Positions 1 through 10,117 of a stretch of DNA of 64,000 nt are shown piece after piece; position 1 is the first letter of the stretch, and every line of letters starts with the position of its first letter. Source of the stretch: an uncultured cyanobacterium. GTDB taxonomy: Bacteria; Cyanobacteriota; Cyanobacteriia; Phormidesmidales; Phormidesmidaceae. The notes beneath the pieces are model-generated. The model saw only the letters and a program-made list of their open reading frames with translations, ran no database searches and was not told the origin of the DNA. The translations under genes and the position numbers were made by a program. The stretch spans positions 480,001 to 544,000 of the forward strand of contig CAWBZI010000001.1 in NCBI GenBank assembly GCA_963793265.1, given 5' to 3'.

Positions 1-1
1 T

Positions 2-1369
2 ACGCTAGTCGGCATAGATTTCTTCTGCCTGGCCTGGGCCGGTATCCTTAGCGTTTTAACGCGCTTAGCTTTAGACGGACAGTTTCAGCCTTCGGTGTAC
101 TGGCGGCTGTGGCCAGTGATTTTGATTTTCATCGTGGCTTATGCAGCGGCAAATTTGTATCCGGCGATCGCGATGAGCCCAGTTGAGGAGCTGCGCCGCC
201 TGACGCTGACTACAACGCTGCTGTATCTGCTGCTAGGCTCCGCTATTTTCTTATTTAGAGAAGGCGCTATCTACTCTAGAGGCGCTTTCTTGATGGCCTG
301 GCCGCTGTCTATATTGTTTGTCATTATTGGGCGCTATAGCATCCGCTCGCTGTGCGCTAAGCAAACCTGGTGGGGCTACCCAGTAGTGGTGATGGGCGCG
401 GGCAAAACTGGGGAGATGGTGATTCGGACGCTGCAACATCAGCCGACGCTCGGGCTCAAGCCGATTGCGGTGTTAGATGATGACAGCCGCAAGCACGGCA
501 CGTTAGCGGGCGTGCCTGTCGTTGGCAATCTGTCGATGGGGCCAATGCTTGCGCGTGACTTCAACATTCCCTATGCAATTGTGGCCATGCCGGGTGTGGA
601 GCACCATAAGCTTTCTCCGTTGCTAGAGCGCTACGGTCGCACGTTTCCGCATTTGATGATTATTCCTAATTTGTTTGGAATGGCGAGCCTGTGGGTAGCG
701 GCGAAAGATTTAGGCGGCGTGCTGGGTCTAGAGGTTTGTCAGCAGCTATTTTTACCAGGGCCTCGGCTGCTAAAGGCGACTTTGGATAAGGGACTGGTTT
801 TTTTGATCGGGCTGTTTTCTCTACCGCTGATTGTGTTAATCAGCTTGCTGATTGCCTGCGATTCGCCAGGGCCAATCTTTTACCGGCAAACTCGGATTGG
901 TCGGGGTGGCAGACTGTTTAAGGCTTGGAAGTTTCGCTCAATGTCGATGAATGCTGAGGTGGCTTTGGCGCAGTATTTAGAAACTCATCCAGAGCTACGA
1001 GCGTCGTGGAAGAAAGATCATAAGTTAAAGAAAGATCCTCGAATCACACGGGTTGGAAAGCTTTTGCGCCAAACGAGTCTTGATGAGCTGCCGCAGCTAT
1101 GGAATGTGCTGTGTGGTGAGATGAGTATGGTAGGCCCGCGTCCGATTGTGCACGAGGAGGTATTGCGATACGGCGATAAGTTTGATCTGTATTTGCAGGT
1201 ATTGCCAGGTTTGACGGGGCTATGGCAGGTGTCGGGGCGCAATAACGTTTCCTATGAGGAGCGGGTCAACTTTGATACCTACTACGTTAGAAACTGGTCG
1301 GTATGGCTCGATATTTATATTTTGATTCGCACCGTTAAGGTGGTTTTGTTGGGTGATGGTGCCTATTAA
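2..1369 (+). CDS. wbaP: Undecaprenyl-phosphate galactose/glucose phosphotransferase (WbaP-type priming glycosyltransferase), 5'-partial
   Basis: Frame is open from base 2. TM helices, CoA-binding-like VVVMGAG region, C-terminal Bac_transf motifs [43 protein letters not shown]. Confidence 0.9.
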   Translation, partial: TLVGIDFFCLAWAGILSVLTRLALDGQFQPSVYWRLWPVILIFIVAYAAANLYPAIAMSPVEELRRLTLTTTLLYLLLGSAIFLFREGAIYSRGAFLMAWPLSILFVIIGRYSIRSLCAKQTWWGYPVVVMGAGKTGEMVIRTLQHQPTLGLKPIAVLDDDSRKHGTLAGVPVVGNLSMGPMLARDFNIPYAIVAMPGVEHHKLSPLLERYGRTFPHLMIIPNLFGMASLWVAAKDLGGVLGLEVCQQLFLPGPRLLKATLDKGLVFLIGLFSLPLIVLISLLIACDSPGPIFYRQTRIGRGGRLFKAWKFRSMSMNAEVALAQYLETHPELRASWKKDHKLKKDPRITRVGKLLRQTSLDELPQLWNVLCGEMSMVGPRPIVHEEVLRYGDKFDLYLQVLPGLTGLWQVSGRNNVSYEERVNFDTYYVRNWSVWLDIYILIRTVKVVLLGDGAY

Positions 1370-2627
1370 GTCGTCTGATACGTTATCTGGTAAGTCACCT
1401 GGGCAGGGGCGATCGCTCGTTTGGCTAGCGAGCCTGATTGTGCTGCCCTATGCGAGCTATTTGGGGCTGTTGGTGATGCTGGGGCTGCTGATTGGGGCGA
1501 TGCGATCGCGCGGTAAGCAAGTATGGCAGCTTTGCGGGCAGTGTGGGTTTGGCTGGCTAACGGCGGGGCTGCTGCTGAGTTCGAGCTTTGCTTTGAACAA
1601 AGGCGAGTCTTTTTTACAGCTCACTAATTTTTTGCCCTTTTTTCTATTTTTTGGCGTTTTAGCAACGGTGCCGAGCGTTGTTAAGCAGCCCTTTGTTCAG
1701 CTTGAGGCGCTGGCAAAATGGCTGCTGCTGACTTCAGTGCCGCTGTGCTTGATTGCGGTGGTGGAGTTTGTAATTAAGTTTGAGGCGATCGCACCCCGCA
1801 TAAAAGCACTAGCGCTGCCTACCTGGCTACTCAACTGGATTTACGTGCCTGACTTTGGCCATCGGGCTCACAGCCTTTTTGGCCATCCGAACGCGCTGGC
1901 TGCTTATCTGGCAATTGTGCTGGGGCTGGGGCTGGGACTGGGACTGAAGCGGCTGTCTGAGCGAAAAGGGTTTGGGCTAGAGGCGTTGGCGTTGGGGCTG
2001 TGTGCGATCTCAATATTCTGCACGGGGTCACGAAATGGCGTGCTGATTTCGCTGGTTTTAGTCGCGATCGCCCTTTACGCTGCTCGTCGTCATAAGTGGG
2101 TGATGCTGGCCGGGCTCTTTGGCGGCGGCGCAATTGTCGCAGCGGTGTTGAGTATGGGAATTGGGGGGCGATCGCTCTCTATGGCACTGCTTACAAACGA
2201 CCCTCGCCTCGGCGTGTGGCGGCTCGCGATTGAAATGATTCATCAGCGGCCCTGGCTGGGCTGGGGCTTTGCCGGGCTCCGATTGCTGTATGAGCCCGGC
2301 AGCATTCCTGACTATGACAGCATTGCTCATGCCCACAACGTTTGGTTATTTCTGGCCTCGGAAGCCGGTATTCCAATGATGGTGGGATTTTGCGTGGTGG
2401 TTGGAACGATTTATTACAGGGGGGTAAGGGTGCTTTTGAAAGGGGGATTGATGGGGGGCGATCGCGCTATTTTGCTAGGCTACCTGCTCGCTTTTGCAAG
2501 CTGCCTGCTGTTCTCCTTATTTGATGTCGCCCTATTTGACTCGCGAATTAACGTATTGAGCTGGGGCTTGCTGGCGGCCATCTATCGCATGAGCATTCAT
2601 CAAAAGCCAGGAAATATTTTCACGTAA
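1356..2627 (+). CDS. O-antigen ligase family (Wzy_C) membrane protein
   Basis: Multi-TM; RAHSLFGHPN, TGSRNG, RPWLGWG and HAHN motifs; overlaps the wbaP stop (start ATG 1356 or GTG 1353). Confidence 0.85.
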   Translation: MVPIKSSDTLSGKSPGQGRSLVWLASLIVLPYASYLGLLVMLGLLIGAMRSRGKQVWQLCGQCGFGWLTAGLLLSSSFALNKGESFLQLTNFLPFFLFFGVLATVPSVVKQPFVQLEALAKWLLLTSVPLCLIAVVEFVIKFEAIAPRIKALALPTWLLNWIYVPDFGHRAHSLFGHPNALAAYLAIVLGLGLGLGLKRLSERKGFGLEALALGLCAISIFCTGSRNGVLISLVLVAIALYAARRHKWVMLAGLFGGGAIVAAVLSMGIGGRSLSMALLTNDPRLGVWRLAIEMIHQRPWLGWGFAGLRLLYEPGSIPDYDSIAHAHNVWLFLASEAGIPMMVGFCVVVGTIYYRGVRVLLKGGLMGGDRAILLGYLLAFASCLLFSLFDVALFDSRINVLSWGLLAAIYRMSIHQKPGNIFT

Positions 2628-2689
2628 AAAAGGTGCGAACAACCTTTTGCCCACACCCCTCTCCAAGTCTCAAATTAAACTAGCAAATC

Positions 2690-2785
2690 CTAGATCAGCT
2701 TGACAGCTCTTAGGCCGAAGTAGAGGGCCATTGCCGTGCCCGCCAACGCTGCGAGATAAACCACATAAATTACTGCGCCGCCCAT
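2690..2785 (-). CDS. petL: Cytochrome b6f complex subunit 6 (PetL), 31 aa; not in ORF track
   Basis: Manual translation MGGAVIYVVYLAALAGTAMALYFGLRAVKLI*; C-terminal GLRAVKLI is typical of PetL; AGGAG RBS upstream. Confidence 0.92.
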   Translation of the reverse strand: MGGAVIYVVYLAALAGTAMALYFGLRAVKLI

Positions 2786-2881
2786 AATTTTCTCCTAAAC
2801 TAATGTTCTAATGCGTTCTTCTATTGAACCACAACGCCCGCTTTTCGCCCCCCAAATATCCCTGCCACTGGCCCCCTTGTT

Positions 2882-4003
2882 ATGAGCACCCTCACCAAAA
2901 CCACCATCCGCGTCAACATCCCTGAGAATCCTTACGACGTACGCATTGCGCCCGACGGCCTGGATGCTTTAGGCCAGTGGCTAACGGCTGAGGGCAAACC
3001 GCTCGTCAAGCCAGGGCAAAAGGTGCTGGTGGTGTCCAATCCGATTGTGTTTGACCTGTATGGCGATCGCGTTATCGACTCACTCACCCAGGCAGGCTAC
3101 GAGGTGTGCCAGTGCATTTTGCCAGCGGGCGAGCAGCACAAACACATGGCCTCGATTGCCACAATTCACGATGTCGCCTACGAAAATCGTTTAGAACGCG
3201 GCTCAGCAATGGTCGCCTTAGGCGGCGGCGTCATTGGCGATATGACCGGCTTTGCAGCGTCAACATGGCTACGCGGCATTGCCGTTGTGCAGGTACCTAC
3301 CTCTTTGCTCGCCATGGTCGATGCCTCTATGGGCGGCAAAACCGGCGTCAACCACCCCAAAGGCAAAAATCTAATCGGTGCTTTTCATCAGCCTCGCCTA
3401 GTCCTCATCGATCCAAGAGTACTTAAGACGCTACCTGTTCGCGAGTTCAGGGCGGGCGTGGCTGAGGTGATTAAGTACGGCGTGATTTGGGATTTGCCGC
3501 TATTTGAGAAGCTAGAAGCTGCCGCGCGACTAGACGATTTTAATCACGTGAGTGAAGCGCTATTGCAATACATGCTTGAGCACTCCTGCCAGGCGAAAGC
3601 TGATGTGGTGAGCCAGGACGTAAGAGAAGGGGGCATTCGAGCCATCTTGAACTACGGCCATACCATCGGTCATGCCGTTGAGAGCTTGACAGGCTACAGC
3701 GAAATCAATCACGGTGAAGCGGTGGGTATTGGGATGGTTGCCGCCGGGCAAATTGCTGTAGATATGGGGTTGTGGGCGCAGTCTGCGACCGACCGTCAGA
3801 ATGTGCTGATTAAGAAAACGGCGCTGCCGACTCAGTTGCCTGCGAGCGTTCGCACTGATGATATTTTGACGGCGATTAAGAGCGATAAAAAGGTACAGGC
3901 GGGTACGGTGCGCTTTGTCTTGCCAAAGGGAATTGGTGAAGCGTTTGTGAGCGATCGGGTTGATGCTGAAGATACGCGACGAGTGTTGGACGCTATGTAC
4001 TAA
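2882..4003 (+). CDS. aroB: 3-dehydroquinate synthase
   Basis: [38 protein letters not shown] and HGEAV motifs. Confidence 0.97.
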   Translation: MSTLTKTTIRVNIPENPYDVRIAPDGLDALGQWLTAEGKPLVKPGQKVLVVSNPIVFDLYGDRVIDSLTQAGYEVCQCILPAGEQHKHMASIATIHDVAYENRLERGSAMVALGGGVIGDMTGFAASTWLRGIAVVQVPTSLLAMVDASMGGKTGVNHPKGKNLIGAFHQPRLVLIDPRVLKTLPVREFRAGVAEVIKYGVIWDLPLFEKLEAAARLDDFNHVSEALLQYMLEHSCQAKADVVSQDVREGGIRAILNYGHTIGHAVESLTGYSEINHGEAVGIGMVAAGQIAVDMGLWAQSATDRQNVLIKKTALPTQLPASVRTDDILTAIKSDKKVQAGTVRFVLPKGIGEAFVSDRVDAEDTRRVLDAMY

Positions 4004-4103
4004 TCGGAAAGCCTTACGATTGCGTTGCAGGATGTTCCGAATCTGGCCTGAAAGTGGTTCAGCCTGAAGCAGGCGGTTCAACGAGGGGTGACAGCGACGA
4101 CTA

Positions 4104-5133
4104 TAGCGGTTCCTAGCTGAATGAGGTACATTTTGAGTGTAGATTTCCTTTCCTCTTTGCTGAGTCTCAATGAAAGCGTACTCTCTCGATTTCCGGCAGA
4201 AAATAATGGAGGTTCATCACGAAGGTAAAACCTCACAGCGTCAGCTTGCTAAACGATTTAACGTTGCCTTGAGTTTCGTTGAGAAACTCATCAAACAAGA
4301 GAAAGAAACCGGCAGCATCGCCCCCAAAGGGCACGGCGGCGGGTCTAAGCCGAAACTGACGGAGGCACAAAAACAAGTCGTTGCAGAACTAGTTGCTGCC
4401 GACAACGATGCGACGTTAGTCGAACTGTGCGAGCAGCTCGAAGCGCGCGTTGGCGTTCGCGTTAGCCGTTCTACAATGGGCCGCCTCACGCAACAGCTCA
4501 ACCTGACCGTCAAAAAAAACGTTTAGAGCGGCTGAGAGAGACCGAGAGGACGTACTTCAGAAACGAGTGAGCTACTGGCAACTCATCCAGAAGATACGAG
4601 TAGAAGACCTCGTGTTCATTGACGAAGCTGGCGTCAACCTAGCGATGACGCGCCTCTATGCCAGAGCGCTACGCGGCCACAGAGCAACGGCAACGAAGCC
4701 CTCAGCCAGAGGTCAGAACGTTACGATGGTGGGCGCGATCGCTTTGTCAGGCGTGATTAGCGCGTTGACTTACACTGGCGGAACAGATGGGTTGACTTTC
4801 AAGACTTTTATCGAGAAAGCCTTAGTCCCTCAGCTATGGGAAGGTGCCTGCATCGTGATGGACAACTTCAGTTCACACAAAGTCGAAGGTGTCAGAGAGT
4901 TGATTGAGGCGGCAGGGGCCAAGCTGATTTACTTACCGCCTTATTCCCCAGACTTCTCGCCGATAGAGAACTTTTGGTCTAAGGTGAAGCAACACATTCG
5001 TTCAGCAGCGGCGCGTACATCTGAAGCACTTGACGAAGCGATTACAGATGCTTTCGCAGCGGTCTCTCTTGAGGATATTCAGCACTGGTTCGCTTATCGA
5101 TGCTACTGTACCTCACTGAACTGAGAACCGCTA
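4104..5133 (+). mobile_element. IS630-family insertion sequence, 1030 bp, apparently complete
   Basis: 27-bp imperfect TIRs (TAGCGGTTCCTAGCTGAATGAGGTACA vs reverse complement TAGCGGTTCTCAGTTCAGTGAGGTACA); TA duplicated at 4102-4103 and 5134-5135; split HTH + DDE transposase. Confidence 0.93.
4170..5124 (+). CDS. IS630 transposase: ORF A 4170-4526 (HTH) and ORF B (DDE_3), joined by a frameshift at the A8 run 4512-4519
   Basis: MKAYSLDFRQKI start; FIDEAG, VMDNFSSHK and LPPYSPDFSPIE motifs; ORF B frame is open through the A-run (KKTFRAAER...). Confidence 0.9.
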
Positions 5134-5208
5134 TATACACGCCTATCGAACGTCGCTACTTCATCGTCTAACTTCAGTTTCGTTATCTAAGCGATCTTAG
5201 TTAGCTTC

Positions 5209-5664
5209 CTAGAACTGAGCATTCCGAATCTGTGAGAATATGATTCTCACCTGTCTCATGCCTAAAACAGGCGTGGCTACTAGCATTTTTCTACCATCAT
5301 AGTTCCGAAGATAAGACCGAAAAAGTCTACACTTGCTTCTTGATAAATCGATATCATCGAAGGAAAAGCGTTCTCTTTTAGTCTTTAGCATCCCTTTAAC
5401 AACGGGGCCAACGACGCCAACCTCACTGACTTCAATATCGGCTTGATTTATTAATGGTGTTGATACAAATAGCAGCAGTATTCCTAGTATCAATCCGGTG
5501 TAGAGGCCGATGTCTAGAACGCCTATTGGATCTTGCTCAGACAAGAAACCTGAGATATAGCGTGAGAAGAGACCTGAGCACAGAAAGGTAGGATACATGA
5601 TCAACACATATCGCCAGCGATAGGCTACATAAACATTTTTCATTGGGTAGCGTTTGACTCTCAA
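5209..5664 (-). CDS. Hypothetical membrane protein (two TM segments plus a soluble C-terminus)
   Basis: 151-aa ORF with two hydrophobic segments in AT-rich DNA; start uncertain (ATG 5643 possible). Confidence 0.55.
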   Translation of the reverse strand: MRVKRYPMKNVYVAYRWRYVLIMYPTFLCSGLFSRYISGFLSEQDPIGVLDIGLYTGLILGILLLFVSTPLINQADIEVSEVGVVGPVVKGMLKTKRERFSFDDIDLSRSKCRLFRSYLRNYDGRKMLVATPVLGMRQVRIIFSQIRNAQF

Positions 5665-5835
5665 CTACAACATGTTGATGTTAAAACTCGCTCTAGCGGA
5701 GAGCACTACTACTGTGCCAGTATTAAAGGCTTTTAGAAAGTGGAAGAGCGTTCTCTCTTTGAGAGCAAGCAAGTAGGGGAAATGCTGTAAACTCGTTGAT
5801 TTAGTACAAACGGTTTTTCAGGATTTCATTTTCAG

Positions 5836-6444
5836 TCAGCTAGGTCTACTAGAGGCGCTTTGCACGTGCGGGTATAGCCAGCGGTAGAACAGCCGCGTAA
5901 TACGAGGCATGACAACGTAAACCAAGGAAAAGACCGTCAGTGTTGTTAGGATAAACGCTCGTAGAAGGCTCGGTAGATCGGTCAGCAGTAACCCTAGCGT
6001 TCTACTTAAGATCTGAGACACTATAAAGACTGCTAGTGCTGTCAAAATCGCCATCTTATACCGCTTTGGTGGCTGCTTGACTAGCTTTCCTGGAAGCGTG
6101 AACCAGGTTTCAAAACCGGTGAGTACCTGCACGTCTTGATCTTTTTGAACCAGCGGCTGGGCCTTTTCCAGCCAGCGCTTGCGAATGGGCGACTCCATCC
6201 ATCGCTTCAGGTTTTGGTAACGGTCAAACTTCAAAATGATTGCATACTCAGGGTAAGTCTCATCTTGCGGACGAACAAAGCTAACACCACAGTGTCCTTC
6301 AAACTGCTGAGCGACGACAGAGACATCCCGCAACCACTTCTCATAAGCAGAAACATGCTCAGGCTTGACTAGGTGAGAGATAACCGCTGTCACATGCTGG
6401 TTGTCATCATTTGATAGCGGTGCCGAAGTTGAGAGAGAAGCCAT
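5836..6444 (-). CDS. Antibiotic biosynthesis monooxygenase (ABM) family protein with C-terminal TM helices
   Basis: VTAVISHLVKP...FEGHCG, TGFETWFTLP, PPKRYKMA, VMPRITRLFYRWL pattern. Confidence 0.8.
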   Translation of the reverse strand: MASLSTSAPLSNDDNQHVTAVISHLVKPEHVSAYEKWLRDVSVVAQQFEGHCGVSFVRPQDETYPEYAIILKFDRYQNLKRWMESPIRKRWLEKAQPLVQKDQDVQVLTGFETWFTLPGKLVKQPPKRYKMAILTALAVFIVSQILSRTLGLLLTDLPSLLRAFILTTLTVFSLVYVVMPRITRLFYRWLYPHVQSASSRPS

Positions 6445-6557
6445 ACGCAGCGATCCTGTAAGGTCAAAAAGCAATTCTGCAATCTATGAAAGCCAGTCCT
6501 TAATCGATTGTTATCCTTAGTTTGGCAACGTGGTATCAATATTAATATTTACACTGT

Positions 6558-6579
6558 ACTGAAAATTAACTGAAAATTA
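6558..6579. promoter_or_regulatory. Perfect 11-bp tandem direct repeat ACTGAAAATTA x2 in a divergent promoter region
   Basis: Seen directly. One-helical-turn period is typical of dimeric regulator boxes; function is inferred. Confidence 0.35.
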
Positions 6580-6670
6580 GAAAAGGAAGCCAATTGAATG
6601 CCTCACAGTTAGGAAATACGTTCACAGCGATCAAAGACAACACAGAAGTCCTCTTATTCGACCTAGCGCT

Positions 6671-7576
6671 ATGAACATCGACTGTAACGCCATTGAAATA
6701 TTTGCTAAGAGCGCGAATGCGTTGATTGATTCTAAACAATCGCTCATTCGTCTCGACGATAGTTCCATACATGCAGAAGGGCCAGTCTATATCCCTATAG
6801 ACGAGAGTGTTGTATGGAGTGACGTCAAAGGAAACTGTCTGCGCCGTTGGTGTGATGGTAACGTCAGTATCATCAGACAGCCCACTCACTTCCAAAACGG
6901 AAACGCGCTCGATCTGGAAGGGCGTATTGTCGCCTGCTCTCATGGGGAACGCGCCATCGTACGTCAGGAGAAAGATGGTCGGTGGCACAAGATCGTTGAA
7001 CGCTATCAAGATAAGCGGCTCAATAGTCCAAACGATATCGTCGTCAAAAGTGATGGCACACTCTGGTTTACAGATCCGCCCTTTGGCCTAACTCAAGCAG
7101 ACGAAGGCTGCGGGGGCGAGCAAGAACAAGTGGGTAGCTTTGTCTTTCGCTTCGATCCTGCTACGGGCGAACTTGATGCCGTCATTACGGATATGGAACG
7201 TCCTAACGGTCTAGCGTTTAGCCCGGATGAGACGCTGCTGTATATCTCAGACACTTCGGCTGTTGAAAGAGCCGAGATGTGTCATGACATTCGAGCCTAT
7301 GACATCATAGATGACCGCTATGCTGCCAACATGCGAATATTCGCTGTGGTTGAACCTGGTCAGCCAGATGGCTTCTGCATTGACCAAGCCGGTAATGTCT
7401 TTACCAGCGCTCAAGACGGCGTTCAGATATACTCACCGACAGGCAACCTGCTCGGAAAGATACACACGCCAGAAGTTTGTACGAATGTAACCTTCGGTGG
7501 CAAAGAACGCGATTCTCTTTTCATCACGACAAGTTCTTCTCTTTACACGATAAAGACGAAGACTAGAGGTGCTTAG
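6671..7576 (+). CDS. SMP-30/gluconolactonase/LRE family protein
   Basis: AEGPVY, NSPND, WFTDPPFG, PNGLAFSPDE, PDG and NVTFGG motifs. Confidence 0.9.
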   Translation: MNIDCNAIEIFAKSANALIDSKQSLIRLDDSSIHAEGPVYIPIDESVVWSDVKGNCLRRWCDGNVSIIRQPTHFQNGNALDLEGRIVACSHGERAIVRQEKDGRWHKIVERYQDKRLNSPNDIVVKSDGTLWFTDPPFGLTQADEGCGGEQEQVGSFVFRFDPATGELDAVITDMERPNGLAFSPDETLLYISDTSAVERAEMCHDIRAYDIIDDRYAANMRIFAVVEPGQPDGFCIDQAGNVFTSAQDGVQIYSPTGNLLGKIHTPEVCTNVTFGGKERDSLFITTSSSLYTIKTKTRGA

Positions 7577-7598
7577 CAACTTATTAATCACTTAAAGG

Positions 7599-7982
7599 CT
7601 AAGCGCCAAGATCCCCGAAGTACTCACGAAAGCCGACAACTTTGCCGTCTTTTACTTCAAAAGCGATCGCGTTGTGTCCCTTATACGGCTTGTTGACGTA
7701 TAAGCCTTCTGCTTCAAACTCAAACATCACAGAAGATTCGTCGCTGAGCGCGTAACGGGGTGAGGAAAACGTAAGGCGATCGCCTGCCGCCTCGTGGTCT
7801 TTGCACTTGGCAATCATCTTCTGTCGTCCCTCGGCTCCGCTGAACTTACCGCGATGAGTTCCCATGGGAAACCAAAAGGTCATCTCTTCAGCGAGCACAG
7901 CGATGTATGGGTCAAAGTTACCAGTTGCCCAACCCTGTGCGAATAAATCGAAAGCCTTGCGTGCTGTTGCTATATCAGCCAT
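7599..7982 (-). CDS. Nuclear transport factor 2 / SnoaL-like protein
   Basis: 127 aa; C-terminal FEVKDGKVVGFREYFGD. Confidence 0.8.
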   Translation of the reverse strand: MADIATARKAFDLFAQGWATGNFDPYIAVLAEEMTFWFPMGTHRGKFSGAEGRQKMIAKCKDHEAAGDRLTFSSPRYALSDESSVMFEFEAEGLYVNKPYKGHNAIAFEVKDGKVVGFREYFGDLGA

Positions 7983-8060
7983 AACATTGAGTTTTATTGG
8001 TGACGCCTCAATCGTACAGCTCTATAACCATAAGAGAGCCATTACTCATGGACTAAACTA

Positions 8061-9375
8061 AGGAGCCGTTCGGAATTAACTTACCGGCTTGTTATTGTTT
8101 GTGTGGCTGTATTTCGTAGTTCCAGTCGCCCTGAAAAGCATTGCGCTTTAGCCGCACAGTTCTGATTTCTTCATCAGTCACTTTTCGACCAGTTAGATAT
8201 GTTTTACTATCGAGCCAACAGTGCACTTCTAACCCCGCTTCGGTTCGCGTTGAACCTACCAAATTGACCACGACTTGATGCGTTTCTAAGGGAACGCCTC
8301 GCCAATTTCGCGTGATATGACAGAACAAGCGATGCTCAATTTTGTTCCACTTGCTCGTTCCTGGCGGATAATGGCAAACCTCAATGTTCATCCCTGTTTC
8401 GTCTGCCAATCGTTGCAGTTCAAGTTTCCACAACCGGTTGCGATGACCGTTGCTACCGCCGCTATCGGCCGTAATCAGCAAACGATATGGTTTTGTATAG
8501 CGTGGCTGGCCTAACTCGTGCCACCAACGTCGAATCGCTTCGACGGCGAACTCGGCGGTGTCGCTACTAATGCCGACGGATACACCGGCTTCATTTTCGG
8601 CCATATCGTAAACACCATAGGGAACTGCTTTGCCCAGTTTCTTGTCGGGAAAGTCATGCGTGTCTACGGCTAGTGGATTGCCATTAGGTCGGTACTCTTG
8701 TCCTTTATTCGCTTTGTTTCCCAGCACTTCTTTCTTCTTCGTATCGACCGAAATCGCAGGCCGTCCGCTGCTTTGATAGGTTTTGACTCGTTTGGCAATA
8801 TGCTTGAATTGCGCATCGCGCTCAGGGTGGTTTTTACCTTCTCTAGTTTTGCGATTACCTTGAAGCGAATAGCCTAATTCTTTGAGCAGTTCGGCTAGCT
8901 TTGTGCGACCCACCGGATAACCCTGCTGCTTCAGCTCACTTTGCAAATTCGTCAAGCTTTTACACGTCCAGCGCAGCGGCGTTTGCGGGTCGCCTCGTCC
9001 AGTCGGCTCGACTAAACACTCGACCGCAAGCGGTAAGCTTTGATGGTGATGTTCGAGCCGCTTCCGCCCGCCGCCCGCTCGCCGCTGGCGACTCGCCGTT
9101 AATGGCGTTGAGCTACGCAGCTCTTGAATACCATTTCTCACGGTTCGATCTGATAGCCCAGTGGCATTTGCCACCGCGACAATGCCACCATGCCCGATGG
9201 CCATCGCTTCGGTTGCGGCCCAGCGACGACGACCCCGTTCATCTAAATCGTTGCTTAAGGCTAGATATTTTACACGGATGGTTTCAACTGTTTGAGCGTT
9301 TGGCATCTCAACAGCGTCGCAAAATTATGCTGTTTAATCAACCTGAAATCGGTAATTTATTTGCGAACGACTCCT
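8061..9375 (-). mobile_element. ISAzo13-family insertion sequence, 1315 bp
   Basis: Imperfect TIRs AGGAGCCGTTCGGAATTAACTTACCG vs reverse complement AGGAGTCGTTCGCAAATAAATTACCG; TA on both flanks (8059-8060, 9376-9377); intact transposase. Confidence 0.9.
8092..9306 (-). CDS. ISAzo13 family transposase
   Basis: LDERGRRRWAATEA, GDPQTPLRWTCKS, ISVDTKKKE, TADSGGSNG and HYPPGTSKWNKIEHRLF motifs. Confidence 0.95.
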   Translation of the reverse strand: MPNAQTVETIRVKYLALSNDLDERGRRRWAATEAMAIGHGGIVAVANATGLSDRTVRNGIQELRSSTPLTASRQRRAGGGRKRLEHHHQSLPLAVECLVEPTGRGDPQTPLRWTCKSLTNLQSELKQQGYPVGRTKLAELLKELGYSLQGNRKTREGKNHPERDAQFKHIAKRVKTYQSSGRPAISVDTKKKEVLGNKANKGQEYRPNGNPLAVDTHDFPDKKLGKAVPYGVYDMAENEAGVSVGISSDTAEFAVEAIRRWWHELGQPRYTKPYRLLITADSGGSNGHRNRLWKLELQRLADETGMNIEVCHYPPGTSKWNKIEHRLFCHITRNWRGVPLETHQVVVNLVGSTRTEAGLEVHCWLDSKTYLTGRKVTDEEIRTVRLKRNAFQGDWNYEIQPHKQ

Positions 9376-9376
9376 T

Positions 9377-9970
9377 AGCAATGAGGCGCAACAGACTCGC
9401 GATTTAGAAGGTGACTTCACGATAGACACCTATCCCGAGTGCGTCGCGGTCAGAAAATGGCTACGACAGAACGACCGAATCGATGCCTACTTTGCGCTGC
9501 ACTCATCCGCTCTGATAGCGCCAGGCTTGTTCTTCTACGTAGGAAGTGGTTCTGAACCAGATCGTACTGACCAGTTGACTCATCTGCTTACTACCGCAGT
9601 TCCTGATTTTATTCCACTCCTATCCAGCGATCCGGCTGGCGTTGCCTCAGCGGTTTTATCTCCAGGACTTTTCGAGATACCACTTTCAAATCCTGAAGAG
9701 CTGAACCTGGTGAAGTCTAGCAACTCTCTCACATTTATCAGTCGACACTTTCAGCCTCAGTTCGTTGGTGTTTCAGAGATGCCACTAGCTGTCTGTCCTG
9801 CGCTCCAAGATGCGCCGCTATCTGAGATTGACCTGTACAATTGCAAATTTAGACAAACAGGCCAGATCGAACACTCAATTAGAGAGACTGAGCTAGGCTT
9901 ACAGCTTTCTATAATGAAAACTTTCGCTGAGGCCGTCGCACAGTTTGTTTCGCTGAACGCAACGACTTAG
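9377..9970 (+). pseudogene. 5'-truncated M14-like zinc carboxypeptidase fragment abutting the ISAzo13
   Basis: Frame of ORF 9527-9970 is open back to the IS end: RDLEGDF..YPECVAVRKWL..IDAYFALHS..VSEMP resembles the M14 C-terminal half; the N-terminal HxxE motif is missing. Confidence 0.5.
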
Positions 9971-10117
9971 TTCTTCTTTCGATGTCTCGTTATCTAGAGG
10001 TATGAGAACAAATAGATAGATTGAAGTGATACGCAAATAGTCCTTTAGTGCAACGACACTCTCGCTGAACCTTTAATGACAAATACTATGCCAGAGCCAC
10101 ATTTAGGTATTATTTTG

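Noticed and set aside
1920..1946. CTGGGG/CTGGGA hexamer run in the O-antigen ligase as a phase-variation tract
   Set aside because: Unit length of 6 keeps the frame (LGLGLGLGL inside a TM helix), so there is no on/off switching
8901..9407. Long alternative-frame or antisense ORFs (e.g. 8901-9407, 3560-4081, 6566-7009, 36584-37075, 43060-43614)
   Set aside because: They shadow well-supported genes on the opposite strand and show no recognisable motifs
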